The position numbers were made by a program, and so were the translations under genes. From the human T2T-CHM13v2.0 reference genome, Homo sapiens: a DNA stretch of 64,000 bases. Where the stretch lies: assembly GCF_009914755.1 (NCBI RefSeq), contig NC_060944.1; one strand, written 5' to 3'. This document shows, piece by piece, positions 15,201 through 29,900 of this stretch; position 1 is the stretch's first letter, and each line of letters opens with the position of its first letter. Below the pieces are notes generated by a model. That model saw only the letters and a list, made by a program, of their open reading frames with translations. It was not told where the DNA came from and made no database searches.

Positions 15201-17959
15201 TGGGAAAGTTAATCCATTACAGTTTAAAGGCTCCGTTCCTCGCTGGCAGTAAATTACCTGCTTTGCATTTTGCAGCAACAACTTAACGGTATTAATTTAT
15301 TGTGCTCTGTCTTTAACAAACATCATTATCATATTGCCAGCCAGGATTATGCAAATGGGAGGGACAAGGGAGAAAGAGGCTGAATCTTGTCCCCAAAGTC
15401 ACCTTGATTTATTAACTTTGGGGCCCTGCAATTGGCCAGGTCTGGGAGGTGCAGGTGAGTGCAGAGGCCAGGAGAACCCACAAAGTCTGGGCAGAGAGAG
15501 TCCTGAGGCCAGAGGGGGACTCCCAGGGGAGGGCACCCTTGGAGGGAAGGGCTGGCTGGGGCTTAGAGGGATTCCCTTGTCAGGTGACTTTGGACAAGTC
15601 CATTCTGTCTTGGGCTTCGGTTTCCCCACCTGTAAATGGAGGTTGAATTAAGAGGTCCCTGGAGCTCATAACATATGAACTTGAGATTCAGCAATACATT
15701 GTGAATGAGTGAGAGAGAGAGAGAGAGAGTTTATGTGTTTGGGCAGGGTGGGCTGAGTAGAGAAGAAGCCACGTGGTCCTGGGGCTGCAGTGCCCCCATG
15801 CCGGGCTCCCTGGCTGCTGCGGCTCCTGAGCACCAGGCTAGTCATGGATGGGCACATGGTGGGAGATGGGTGAGCTGGGGCTGAGAAGAGAGGGGTCTAA
15901 GGGAAGGGGCTACTTCTGGGCTGAGAGTCTAAAGGCTGACGGCAGGGGTCAGTTCATGAGAGGGTCTGAGACTTTTAGGCTATACACCAAGATGCTGGGT
16001 TGGGAAGGGGAGGCAGGACCATGCCAGGCTGGGAGGCAGCACCCTTTAGCTCCTGATTTTGCATCTGGCCTGGGGGCTGGGCTGGCTGGAGGTCTACTCA
16101 TGGGGTCCTAGGCCTCCGCACAGCCTCCGGCAGCTCCTCCTGAGCCTCCTGGACTCTGAGTTTACCCCGAGAGACTCTAGGTTGGGCTGCCAGGGGAGCT
16201 GGAGGCAGGTGGGCTGGGCCCCCCCTCTGCCCCTCCCTGTGCGCCTCCTCCCTTGGGCTGGCTGTGGTGAGAACCCGCCTGATTACACAGCTGGCTGCCC
16301 CCGGCCACTGGGCCTGCTCCCCACCACCTGCAGACTGGCTCTGCCAGGAACTCACTGGGACTACATCCAAGCACCCGTGGGCGCCAGCCCAGGGTTCTGC
16401 CCTGGCCATCAGGGTCCTTCCCGGGCCCTGCAGAGGCGCCAAGGTGGGAGCTGGAGAGGGGCCAACAGAGAGGAGATGACACCAACCTGGCTGGCCAAAG
16501 CTCTGGCCTGGCGGGTGTGGGGTGGTGGGGAATTCCACGGGGAGGGTGGCACCCCCTGTCTACTGAATTCCTGAGTGGCCCCCTCTGTGGCCCCATCCCT
16601 GCCCTGCCTTTGGCATTTTGCCAAACCTGCCCTTGCCTCCTGGTGCCCCAATCTCTGCCTCAGTCTCTGAGCACCCCCACTGCCCCCTCTACTTGCTCTG
16701 TCCTGCATCGCTGTCTCTGGGTCTCTCCCTGTCATGGGGGATGGGGCTAGGGAGGGAGCAGGAAGCAGAGGGAAGAGGTATTGAGGGGGCATGGAGTGGG
16801 GGAGCAATTCAATTTCCAGAGTTGGCCCTGGCAATCCCGGTTGTGTCGTGATAAGAAAGCCATTTCCCGTGATGGCTCCTAATCCACACCCTCCTGCCTT
16901 TGCATGCAGCAGCTCCCTTCATCTGCCTGTGGCCAGAGGCTGGAAGGGATCCCTGTCCACTATGGAAGGGGCCATGTCTGCTCCAAATGAACCATGCTGA
17001 GCAGCATCTGTGTGGCCGGGACAAAGACCCATGCCGAAATCTACAAGCCCAGGAGAAGCCGTCAAACCCGATGAATAATCCCTCGGACTGTTCTAAATTC
17101 AGATGGACATGCACAGCTGTGATCTAATTTGAGCCATACATCTGCCCTTGAGAGAAGTAGGGATCACTCCCATTTTACAGATGGGGAAAGTGAGGCTCAA
17201 AGTGGTTCAGTGATTTGCCCGAAGCTACACAGCAAGTGCGTGTAGAGAGAAGCGCAAGTTGATGTGTGCAGGGCTGAAGTGTGAGGTGAGGGTGCAGTGC
17301 GGGAGCCGCAGCCTGGGCTTCGAAGGTCGGAGGAGTAGGGGAAGGAGGGGAAGGAGACAGGCAGGGAGTATGAGGAGAGGTGAGGAGAGGTGTGTGCTGG
17401 GCAGCAGCTCGGTGGGAGCCCAGCTAGGAAAGGAGCCTCGGGGTGGCCTCGAGAGGATTTTAGTGCTGTCTGGGCAGGGGGTCTGTGGGATACAGACCTG
17501 GGAGGGATGGGGGCATGGTGGTCAGAGAAAGAAGCTGCTGGAGGACACAGGCGAGCCAGGACCACAGTCAGGGAGGCAGCTGTGACTGTCAGCAGGAACA
17601 CGGGAATCCTCTACGAGACACCTACACCTGAGTCCTACCATCAAAGGGGTTTCTCGCCTCTCCGGTCGCCTGGTTTGGAGCTCAGCTTTCTTGAAAACTT
17701 TCTTCCTGCCAGTCTCCTGCACAGGCCCTGGACACTCCTTGGGCTGGACTGGGCCCCTTTTCCAGCCACACCCTTCACTGGCTGGGAGGGTTGCAGGGAG
17801 GCCTCGGGCTGAGCCAGGCCCTTCTGCTGGCTCCCCTGTGGCCCGCAGGGGCAGAGGAGGGAGGGCAGCTGGGCTGGGGATTCAACAGGAGGGGCAGTCT
17901 AGGTGAAGCCAGCCAGGCCCTCCTGATTTGCTCCCCACCAGGAAGTTTTCTTTGTTTGT

Positions 17960-18268
<309 letters not shown>

Positions 18269-20554
18269 GGAGAACTGACCAGGAATACAAGCAAGGATGG
18301 ATCCCGAATCCTGTTTGTCTCCCTCTGCATCCCTACCCCCAACTGCTGACTCCAGAAGGCCTGGTGGGGAGCGGTGGTGGATCTGGGGGCTACAAAGCCG
18401 GGCAGGATTGTTTACCCTCTCCCTACCTTCCCCTCACTGGCCCAACTGTGATGGGGGTGAGATGGCAGGCTGGGGCTGTGGGAGGCTCCCAGAACAGCTG
18501 GTGGCTGTGCAGGGCCGTGGGTGGTGGCAAGTGGGGACCTGCTGGAGCAGGCAAGCTAATCTCATTTGGTTGCTGCAGTCGCAAACAAGGACTGCATGCT
18601 AAGTGGCCAGAGGCAGCAGCGGGACTCAGGGCCGACCGAGGCCCCACGCATACCTGGGAGCACCTAGAGGCCAGCCCTGGTTTGAATGAGGAGCCATGTT
18701 GGGCAGGGGCAGGGGAATAAGGAGGGGGAGGATGCGTCTTGTGGGGTAAGAGGTTACTCCCCGGGAAATACCTGCTGGGAGATAGGGCGCCAGGGTCAGC
18801 CAGCTCCTCCCAATCCTCTGGCCTCTCCCCCTCTAGCCCTCCTCCTGTAGGGTCCTGGATCAGATGCCACTGGGCAGGAGGCATCTGGAGAGCAAGCTTC
18901 ATCCCCTTTGCCAGCAGAATTGTGATTGGAGAGAGGGACCCGCCTGTTCACAGCAGAGCATGAGGGAGGCATCGGGGAAGGTGCTGGAAGAGGGGAGGGG
19001 AGGGGGCTGGGGGAGCCTTGAGCCTCGAGGCCCTGCCCAGTCACTCCACTCCTCTGAGCCTCTAGGGGCTTGTTTAGAGGCAGGGCCAGGGAGGTGCAAG
19101 AAGATGCCCTGGCTGTAAAAAGGTGATTGGGCTTGCGACTCTTGTGAAATGGTCTGAAACTATCTTTAGCTTAGATGGGAGTGCCAGGCTTGCAGGGCCC
19201 AGGTTTGGCAGATGAGCCAGGCCAGAAGCCAGTGCCCTGAGGGCTTCCTGACTGCCACCCACACTCTCCGCCCGGCTGCCACTTCTCGGAGCAGCTGGTA
19301 CCATCAGCTCCCAGGGAGAATCCTGAAATCACACAGGTAGCTCTGGTCTTTGGGCAAAGGTTTGTGCTCTAGACGTGGGTGGCCTGAACTTGGGGCTGCA
19401 TCATGGTAACAGATGGATTTGAAGGCAGAGCTTGCAAGGGAGTCCAGATGGCCACAGCCACCATCCAGGTCTGTTTTTGGTACTTGCTGGGCCCCTGTGG
19501 GCAGCTCCATTTGCAACCCCTTTGGAGCTCCTTAGCTCAGGTCTTGCTGATAAAAATAAGCCCTGCCAATCACAGGGGGCTTGAACCACTCTGTGACTCA
19601 GCTTCCACATCTACCCCTGAGGGGCTGCTAATGAAATGAAATGAGGCATCTCAAGTGTCCTGCCCAGAAGCCGGTGCAAAGGAAGTTCTGTTTTCGTTTT
19701 GCAGCATCTCAGCCCAGTGTACCACAATGTTCTATCATTACAGTCTGATGGGCCTTTAGAAAAACGGCTCTGCCTCACTTGCTGTGTGACTGTGGGCAAA
19801 TATCTTCACCTCTCTGAACCTCAGATTCTCCATCTGTAAAGTGGCAACAATAATACGTACTTTATAGGAATGTTGTGAGGAGCTAAAGAAGAATATAAGC
19901 AAACTTGAATAAGGCAATAAATATAAACACAGAACAGTATCCAGTTGGCAATAGGTGCTTGATCAATATCTGTTGCCTGTGCAACACTTTACTTTTCAGG
20001 GGGATACACTGAGGTCCAGAGAGGGGAAAGAGTTCATCCAGGATCCCAGCTGGATCAAAGGTCTCCTGATGTCTGCTGGAGGAACAAGAGAGAGGAAATC
20101 CCTGGCCTTTTGTTTCACCAACTGTAAAATGAGAGGGCTTCACCGATCTATGGTTTCCAGCTGGGATCTGGGCTCTCGGGGGCCACTGTTGGAGTCAACA
20201 CCAAGCCCGCGGAGCTCCGGGACCACCTTTTCTGGTTCTCAGTCCACGTCTCTTTCACTCGTGAAGGGCTGCGGAAGGCTCCACGTGAACAAACTTCCTG
20301 CCGCTCAGCCTTGAATGTGTGAAAGCCCCCTACTTGTTTATTTTCAGGGCTCCTGGCAGCGCAGACTCTCTGGGACAGGGATTCCTCCCAAGACCCCTGC
20401 CCAGGTAGACCCCCTATGTCCTGGCCTGGGTCAGGGTTGGCTCAGCTGCCTGGAGTGGGTGAGCAGACCAGAAGCATGACCCTGCCCCACCCCCAGCCAG
20501 CTGCAGCCCGGGCCTGGGATGCTGGTTCCGCCAGCAGTTAAAGTCCCCCTGGTT

Positions 20555-20700
20555 GTCTAATTTAATCACAGCTGTGTGCACGGTGACTCTATAAATAATT
20601 TTTAGTGCGACATAACCATTATTTCACTAATTGCTTCACGCGCACCCCTGGCCTGTGAGATAAATTAAGGTTTGCTGAGTCAGCACCTTTGGCTGATGCT
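20555..20700. promoter_or_regulatory. candidate enhancer with perfect MARE, MEF2 site, E-box and homeodomain sites
   Basis: TGCTGAGTCAGCA 20673-20685, CTATAAATAA 20589-20598, CAGCTG 20569-20574, several TAATT. Confidence 0.55.
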
Positions 20701-21964
20701 GCTTTGGGGTTTGGAAGTACAGCCCCAACAACTGGGCTGTTCCCACACCAGCCTCAGCCCAGCACTGAGGGGAGGGCGCCCCTCACGTGAAGTGGCCAAG
20801 GGTAGAATGAGTGAGGAGGAATGAGGAAAGGGCTAATAAGGGTGGCCATGTACAGTTGCACAGGTTGTGTCCTGCACCAGGGTGCTTGGCTAAGGGGGCA
20901 AGTGGGGGCTGAAATCCAGCCCATACTACACTTTTGCAATCCATGTGCTCTGACATGGGATTTTGTTGGCCCAGAAGAAGGTGGTACCTTCTTTTAATTT
21001 GCACAAAGGCTAGGAAGGAATCAGCAGCTCCAGAATGAACTACCACATAGCAGGTTGTCAGGGCCACCTCTCTGAGAGAGGAGGCCAGGCAGAATATCCT
21101 TAAGGATCTTCTCATGTTAGCAACAGCATGGAGACCCAGGCTCTAGATCTGATGCTGAGTGACCTGGGCAAGTGACCTTCCCTCCTCTGTGTTTTAATAT
21201 CTTGACAGTTTGATCCCATCCAGAGCCTGTGTTCTTTCCTCTGCCTATCATACTCCAAATTCAGTAGGTGTGGCTGGAAAAAAAGGTTCACATGGTCAAG
21301 TACATTTGAGAAACATCGAGTTAAGTGGTTTCTTTCTGTAGAAATTTTCAGAGAGCCTACAGTGTGTTCAGGAGCAGCAGACTTGCAGGGAGGGGTGGAG
21401 ATGGTGTAGCTTTTCCCAGTGCATTTGGCTGTGGAATCCTTCATTTTAGGACTCTTATTCATCCTGGGATCCTAGTGTCTATCTCTGGGCTTATTAGTGA
21501 GTGGATGTCATCCCCAAGGACAGAGAACGCTCCTATTCCTGGCCATAACTCTAGACTCAAGGCACTTCCCTATCTGTCATCTAGATCTGATGCTGAGTGA
21601 CCTTGGGCAAGTGATGCAAGATTGCGAGTGGGCAAGACTGCTAGATCTTGCCTTCCTTCTTTGAAGGAAAATCTAGCAAAAATAGGTCTCCCTTCAAATC
21701 GGTGAAGTGTGGGGGGAGCATCCTGAGTCCACGGGACTCGAAGTTCCTTGAGGGCAGGTGCTATGTCTACCTTATTTATTGCCAGTTCCCTGGGGCTTAG
21801 CTTGGGACCATCTCTTGAGTGAATGAATGAGTGTCTATTTTGAAAAGAGACAGGAAAGGAGATAATTGGCTTCATATCCTGCCCCAAACCTTACTGGCTG
21901 GTGACCTTTGAGCAGATTGCTTCTGAGAGTCCAGTGCCACCACAGCTCTGTGTCTCTTTTGTCA

Positions 21965-22645
<681 letters not shown>

Positions 22646-23342
22646 CTCTCCATCCTCTCATTCCTAAAGTGCTGAAGTGAGGCTCAGATGCAAAGACGGT
22701 TGTGAGTGAGTGCTCCTTCCACAGTGTGAAACACTTGACAAATGCAAGGGATTAATCCTATGATCTGTATCCTCCTTGGTTCCCTCTCTGGGCTGGGCTG
22801 TGATCACGTATTCCAAGCTGCTGTTGACTGAGTGCTGACCTCGGGTCAGGGCCTGTCCCAGAGGTCTTTCACACATTCTGTGCACACTTGTCCAGTAACC
22901 CTCACAGCACTGTGAGAAGAAGGGATTACCTTTGTTTTATGAAAAAGAAAAGTGAGGTTCAGAGAGGTGATGTGGTTTACCTGAGGTCACACAGCTGTAA
23001 ACTGCAGAGCTTGGGATTTGAATCCAGACATGGTTCCAAAACATGTCTTTTCTCTTCATTCCCAGCTTATTGGCTCCCAGGTTACCACCTTATTCTCCCC
23101 CTACTCCGTTTTGGGCAGGGTGTTGAGGCAGGTTATGCAGGGATGCTGGCTTCAGAGGACTACTGGCCTCCTTGTCAAGTCATTTTGCTATTTTCACAAG
23201 GACAAGGGCAACCATTTGTTGAGCATCTACCATGCATCTGGCATTGAGCTGGCTGCTTTAGATCTGTTATTTTCCCACATTAAATCCTCACCCAAAATCT
23301 ATGATGTAGAAAAAACCACTCTCATTTTAGAAAGGGACACTG

Positions 23343-23638
23343 AGCTGGGCGCGGTGGCTCACACCTGTAATCCCAGTGCTTTGGAAAGCTCAGGTAGGAG
23401 GATCACTTGAGTCCAGGAGTTATAGACCGGCCTGGGCAACATAGGGAGACCCTGGCTCTACAAAAAGCTACAAAATTAGGCAGGCCTGGTGGTGCATGCC
23501 TGTAGTCCCAGCTACCTGGGAGGCTGAGTGGAAGGATCGCTTAAGCCCTGGAAGTTGAGGCTGCAGTGGGTCAAGATTGCGCCACTGCACTCTAGCATGG
23601 GAGACAGAGTGACACCCTGTCTCGAGGAAAAAAAAAAG
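23343..23638 (+). mobile_element. Alu (AluJ-like)
   Basis: GGAGGATCACTTGAGTCCAGGAG ... GAGGCTGCAGTG ... poly-A. Confidence 0.92.
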
Positions 23639-24544
23639 GAGACCAAGGCTTGGAGTGGTTATGTGACCTGCTCAACCGCATGCAATTAGTAAACAAGCAG
23701 CCAAGCTGAAATTCCACCCAAGTGGGTCTGATCCCAGAAGCTGGCTATTTCCCTGGCTTCTCCTTCGTGGCCCTGAATATCCAGCCCCAGTTGGGGAGGG
23801 GTGACCTGTGGCTCCTGGGTCCAACACACTGGGTCTGTCTGCAATAGCTGCCGTGGAGACGTCCCCGCGGTGCATCATGACCTCTGGGGCTCTCCTTCCC
23901 CAGAGCCCCGTGGGCCCTGCCCTTGGTGCCTGGCACACTATTACTGCCTGGGAAACGCTGAAGAATGATGACAGGGCTGTAAGCCTGGCTTCTCCAAGTT
24001 TCTGCTTGACCTCCAAGGGACCAGAGGAGGAGCGGGGAGAGCAGGGAGTGGAGTGGCTGCCGACATCCACAGCTGATGCAGGGACTCGTGTGTGCCTGGG
24101 CCTCCCTCTGAAAGCTGCCTTTGGAAGGTGGTCACAGCCAGTCTGCTCACGCCCCCAGTCACGCCACCTATTAGCCTGGCTGCCCTGGGCACAGTGACCT
24201 CTCCCAGGCTGGCGTCCCCTCCCAGGGTGAGTCCATCACCACCAGTCACAGCCGAGCTCCTGTGCTTGGCTTTCAAGGCCCCTCGCATCTGCCTCAAGCC
24301 TCCCTGTCTTTCCAGCCTCCTCTATTGCTTATTCATTTATTTAAAAAATATTTGTTGATCAACTATGTGCCTGGCAGATGTTCTAGGTCCTGAAAATACA
24401 GCAGAGAACAGAACAGATAAAATCTCTGCTCTTCTGGGAAAAATTGACAGAAAGCAAGTTGACGAATAAATGTATGATGTTGGGTAGTGAAAGGGACTTA
24501 TAAAAAAAAAAAAAAAAGAACCAGACCCTCCCCCTGCCCCAAGG

Positions 24545-25005
24545 CATCTAGAGATAGAATTCAGGGGGTCAGTGAAGTTAGAGGAGGAAAAAAATTATAT
24601 TTTTATCTCACTAACCTGTAACTAAAATATCGCATTTTTCTTCAATTATAAATGTTGGCAACATACCACGGTAGTATTAGCAGTGCCTGTGACTTTGTCA
24701 CCAACAGAAATCAGATATTTCCTATCACATTACAGTTGTTGCATACATTTTGAAACATCATTGACACTCATCACTGCTTCAAAATTGTTGTGGTTAATAG
24801 AACTGCCACGAGATCTTGTTATTTAATGCATTAATAAAGAAGTGCATCTAGTACTGTATCACTCATTTGTTTTGTAAATATTTTGAAAACGATTTCTATA
24901 TAATTGGCTGCCTTGATAAATCTATGTATTTTCGTCTATGCCTTTAAAATCATTATTCTGAGAAGGGCTTCACCAGGGCCAAGGGGTCCATGGCCCCAGA
25001 TGCAT
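24545..25005. mobile_element. old DNA transposon fragment (hAT-Charlie-like), nested in L2
   Basis: AT-rich block ending CATTATTCTGAGAAGGG...CCAAGGGGTCCATGGC; family assignment from memory. Confidence 0.5.
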
Positions 25006-26221
25006 TAACTCCTGGAGTGGAGATGGATGGGGAGGAGGGGCGGGTTTTTAGCTGGAGTGGTCAAGGAAGCCTCTCCGGGGAGGTGGTATTTGATCAGCAA
25101 CATAAAGTGGGCAAAGGAGCTGCCATGCGAAGATTTGAGTCAGATTCATTGCAGGCAGAGGGAACAGCAAGTCTAAGGGCTCTGGGGTAAGAAGGAACAA
25201 TGAGGCCAAGGTGGCTGGAACAAAGTGACCAGCGAAGGGAGAAGACAGAGAGGCGCATGGACCACACATGATGTAAGGTCTGGCTTTGGTGAGGACTCGG
25301 GATTGTATTCCCAGCAAGGTGGGATGCTACGGAAGGGTTCTGAGTCAGGCGTGATGCATTCAGATTTCTCAATTAGAAGGATCCCTTTGGCTGTGGGGCA
25401 GAGAATGGGGCACTGAGTAGTGGGTAGGAGGGGAAGCAGGGAGACCAGGAGCTAGGGGTCTGCAGCCATCCAGTGAAAGATCACGTGGCTTGGAGCAGGC
25501 TGAGACTGGAGAAGTGGCCCCATTCAGGATGCATCTTGAGACTGGAGCCTGCAGAGCTTATGAGGAACTAAAAGAGCCATTAACTTTCACCCTTCTGCTT
25601 TGGCTTATGCCACTCCTGGAACTCGCTTTCCTGCCATCTCCATCCTCCAGCCAGCTCTCTCCCTGGATTCTTCACCCATGTGGCAAAAACTGCTAGTAGC
25701 CTCCTCTTTTTCCATTTCCTTACTAATAGCCCCCAATATTACCTGGGGGAGCAATGTGCCCAGCTCAGAGGCCAATTCTCCCAGCCTCCTCTGCAGTGAC
25801 GGGTTGCTTTGGAGATACTGGAGCTGTCATCTGGTGGGGTTTCCAGGAACAGGCTTTTTATAGGAAGCTGACTCCTTCTTTTGCCCCTCTTTTTCCTCCC
25901 TGGAACATGAACAGGATGGTTGAAGGTCACTTTCCCCAAAAGCATTTTGGGACCATGAGGAAATCACAGTGACCTTGACCCTGATATTCTTGATATCAAG
26001 GTGGGGCTTTATGGAGTCAAAAAATTCTAATTAGGTTTTGTTATTAGCAGTAGAATAAAATTCCCACCGGGTACAACTACAAATTTAACTGCTTATTGGA
26101 CATCTCCCTCAGAATAACATAGCCCCCCAGACTCATTGTGTCTAATTCCGGGTCTGCCGTCTTTGTCTCAAGTAATTTCTTTTCGGGGAATCCATATATC
26201 TGTAAGAAAAGAGAACTAATA

Positions 26222-26548
<327 letters not shown>

Positions 26549-26692
26549 TTACCCATCTACCACTGACCCTCCCACCCACCCATCCTTCATCCACTTCTGT
26601 TCATCTGGGCATGCATCCATTCAACATGCTTTTATTGAGCACCTACTATGCACTGGGCCCCGTGCTAGATGGGGGGCTGGAGGTATGAATAA

Positions 26693-26983
<291 letters not shown>

Positions 26984-29900
26984 AATATATCTTATTTTAG
27001 GCCCATCTGTGTCTATATAAGCAGAATATCTCTAGAAGAATCCACCAGATGCTGGGAACTAGGAGTGCCCCTATGGAGGGAAACTCAGCACCAGGACACA
27101 TGGGTTTTTATTCCTTTTGAATCTTCTGAATTCTGTATCATGTGTATGTTTTCACCCTCTAAATGTTTTTAATTAACAATATATGTACATCTCATTCGGA
27201 TCTTCAGAATTTGCCTTGCTCCTGAAAGGATTTGAGGCAGCTTGTGAGAATACACAGAGATGAATAGACGCAGCCCTGCTGTCAGGGAGCTAACAGTCTG
27301 GTGGGTAAGAGAGATGAATAAACAATTCCAATACAGCGTTGCAGGAGGGGCAGAGGGGTGCAGACAACAGGCCACTTGGCATGCTCTTGAGGGATCATGG
27401 GGCTGCACTCAGCCACTGCCCCTGAGTAATGACCTGACACGGCCACCTTCTCCTTGCCCCCGTCTGGGCTTGAAAACCAAGATGTTCACATTTGGAACAT
27501 ACACGATGGAGACACCCCCGTCCCTCCCTGCCCACTCCCAAGTTCAGGCACTTGTGCTGAGCTGACCCCTAAGTCACCAAGCACCACAGTGCCCCTGTGC
27601 CCACATGTCCAGGTCGGGGGTGGCTGCAGTAGCACGGCGTGTTGTCTCTGTGTTTCTGCTTGCCCTGCGGATGAACGCACAGAGCGCATGAGGGAGGCTG
27701 TCTCCAGCGCCCTGATGTCCAGCACAGCTACAACCCCTTTTGCAGCCTCAGGCTGGGAAGTGGGGATGGGGGCTGAGGGAGGGCAGGAGCTGGGATGGCA
27801 TGGCGGGGACGGCGGAGAGGACCAGCCACGCTGCTTGGAGAATGTGGTCTTTTCAGAGCAGCCCTTTGAAATCGAGCAAGAATAACTTTAAACAATAAGA
27901 TGCTTCTCTCTCCCCCTCAGTTGTTGCCCAGGCAACGCCAGAGTGCTCAACAACTGTTTAGTTTTTTAAGAAACCAAATCTCCCTCCCTTTGGTCAGCTA
28001 CCGCCAGGAAGATGAAGAGGCGGCGGCGCTGCCCCTTGCGGCCCATTGTGTTGGACCCGGGTCAGCCGCCTGCAGCAGTGACATTTAAATCTGATGCTAC
28101 ATATTATATATGAACCCCGAGCCGCACTCCTTCACGACTTGTGCTCCCTAACCGGGGAGGCTTCAATCTCCCACCCCAGACTTCTTGCCCGCTTGTGGCT
28201 CTGGCAGTCCTGGGGAGTCACAGCTGAGAGGCTGACCTCTGCCTGGCAAAGCAGCTGGGAGCTGAGGAGGACATTGGGTGGTGATCCGTCCCCAACCCTC
28301 TGCATCACGGACCCATGAGAGCCCTCATCAAGCCAGCAGTCACCTCATCCACCCAGGCAGTGTTTAACCCCCAGCAGCTCTGCTAAACTGTTTTTGAGGG
28401 GCCTTGACCTCTGCACCAGCAGCTCACCTGTTTTACATTTGCCTGCTCAAAAGGCAGATTGGTGCCCTTTATCTCTGTAGGGTCTTCCACAATCCAGCAA
28501 GAGACGTTTTTTGTTATCCCCAGTTACAGATAAAGCAGCCCAGGTGCAGAGAGCTCTGAAAGCTGACTACGAGATGTCAGGCACTTCCAAACGGAAGCCC
28601 TGATGGCCGCCCACGGAGCCAGGTGCTACCTCAAGCCCATTCCTCCAGAAGTGGAAACTGAGGTTCCAGGGGTTAAAGTGATGACCAGTGGGTATGGCAG
28701 GATTTGGACCTGGGCCAGCCCAACTGCAGGGCCTTGCGTCTCATCCTACACTGCCTTGGTGAGACCCTGTGACTCAAGGACAGATGGGCAGATCTCTCCT
28801 GGCTCCCAGGCTTGGCCAGTGTGCCCTCCTAGAGTGGGGATCGGTGCCCCACTTCGCCTCTAAGGAAGGAACATGATAAACTTTGGCAACATGAAGTTCT
28901 GGGTTGTGTGTCCTTAGGCAAGTTCAAAGAAGGTATTTAAATCCTCACTTTGCTTATCTGTAGAATGGGGACGGTCTCCAGCTGGCAGCACTGTTGTGAA
29001 GAAGCAAGTAATGACAGCTGCCCCGTAGAGAGAGCTGACATGTTTTGGGCAGTGTCTAACCACTCCGTTTAATCATCACAGTGACTCCAGACTCAGGTCC
29101 TATGATCATCTCCATTTTCAGATGAAGAAACAGACACCCCGGGAGGTGGAGTCACATGGCTAGAAACTAAAGCCAACGAACATAACCCACAGGGACAGGT
29201 CCTGGCACATAGTAGGTTCAAAGCGGACATTGGCTGTCTTCTCCTAGGAAGATAAATAGAGGGGATTCTGTCTCCTGGGAAACAAAACCTGGGAGAAAGG
29301 TAAATTTAGAAAAACGAAACCAGGTTAGCGCAAGCCCCTTATCCAGCTCGGCAGCACAGTCAGGATGGGAAATTGGCTTCAGACACAACAAAAACTAGAA
29401 GGGGAAGTCTCGACATTTGTGAAATGAGAGAGCAGGGGTAGGGGAGGCCAGGGCCCTGGACTCTGAGGAGGGATCTGCTCTTCCCTACCCAGGGCTTGAA
29501 GGGCTGCACGAGGGGGGACGCCACCAGCAGAGGCTGGGGCAGGGCCGGTTCCAGGCCCAGACGGGGTGAGGGAGTCCCACACCTGAGACAGATGGCCTTG
29601 CCCCATCTGGGAATCCCTGGAGGTTGTGCCGAGTCCCTAGCAGTGACAGGAAACACAGGCAGATGACAAGCTGCCAAGGTGCAGGGATCACATTTCCTAG
29701 CTGATGCTTCCGCCCCATCTCCTAGGGCCCTTTCTCTCCCAGGAAACTGGTGGACACTCATCCTCCAGTTCCCACCTCCCCCTGCAGAAGGCTCCTGTCC
29801 CCGCGTGTCCCCCCTTCCTGCCCCCGCCAGCGCATCTCGTTTAGCACCGCTAAATGGCAAGCCCAGAGGTACAATGTCGGAAGGGGCTGGGGTAATGAAC

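Noticed and set aside
27084-27100. REST/NRSE-like TCAGCACCAGGACAC
   Set aside because: Half-site spacing is one base short, the right half is poor, and it lies in a probable old L1 fragment.
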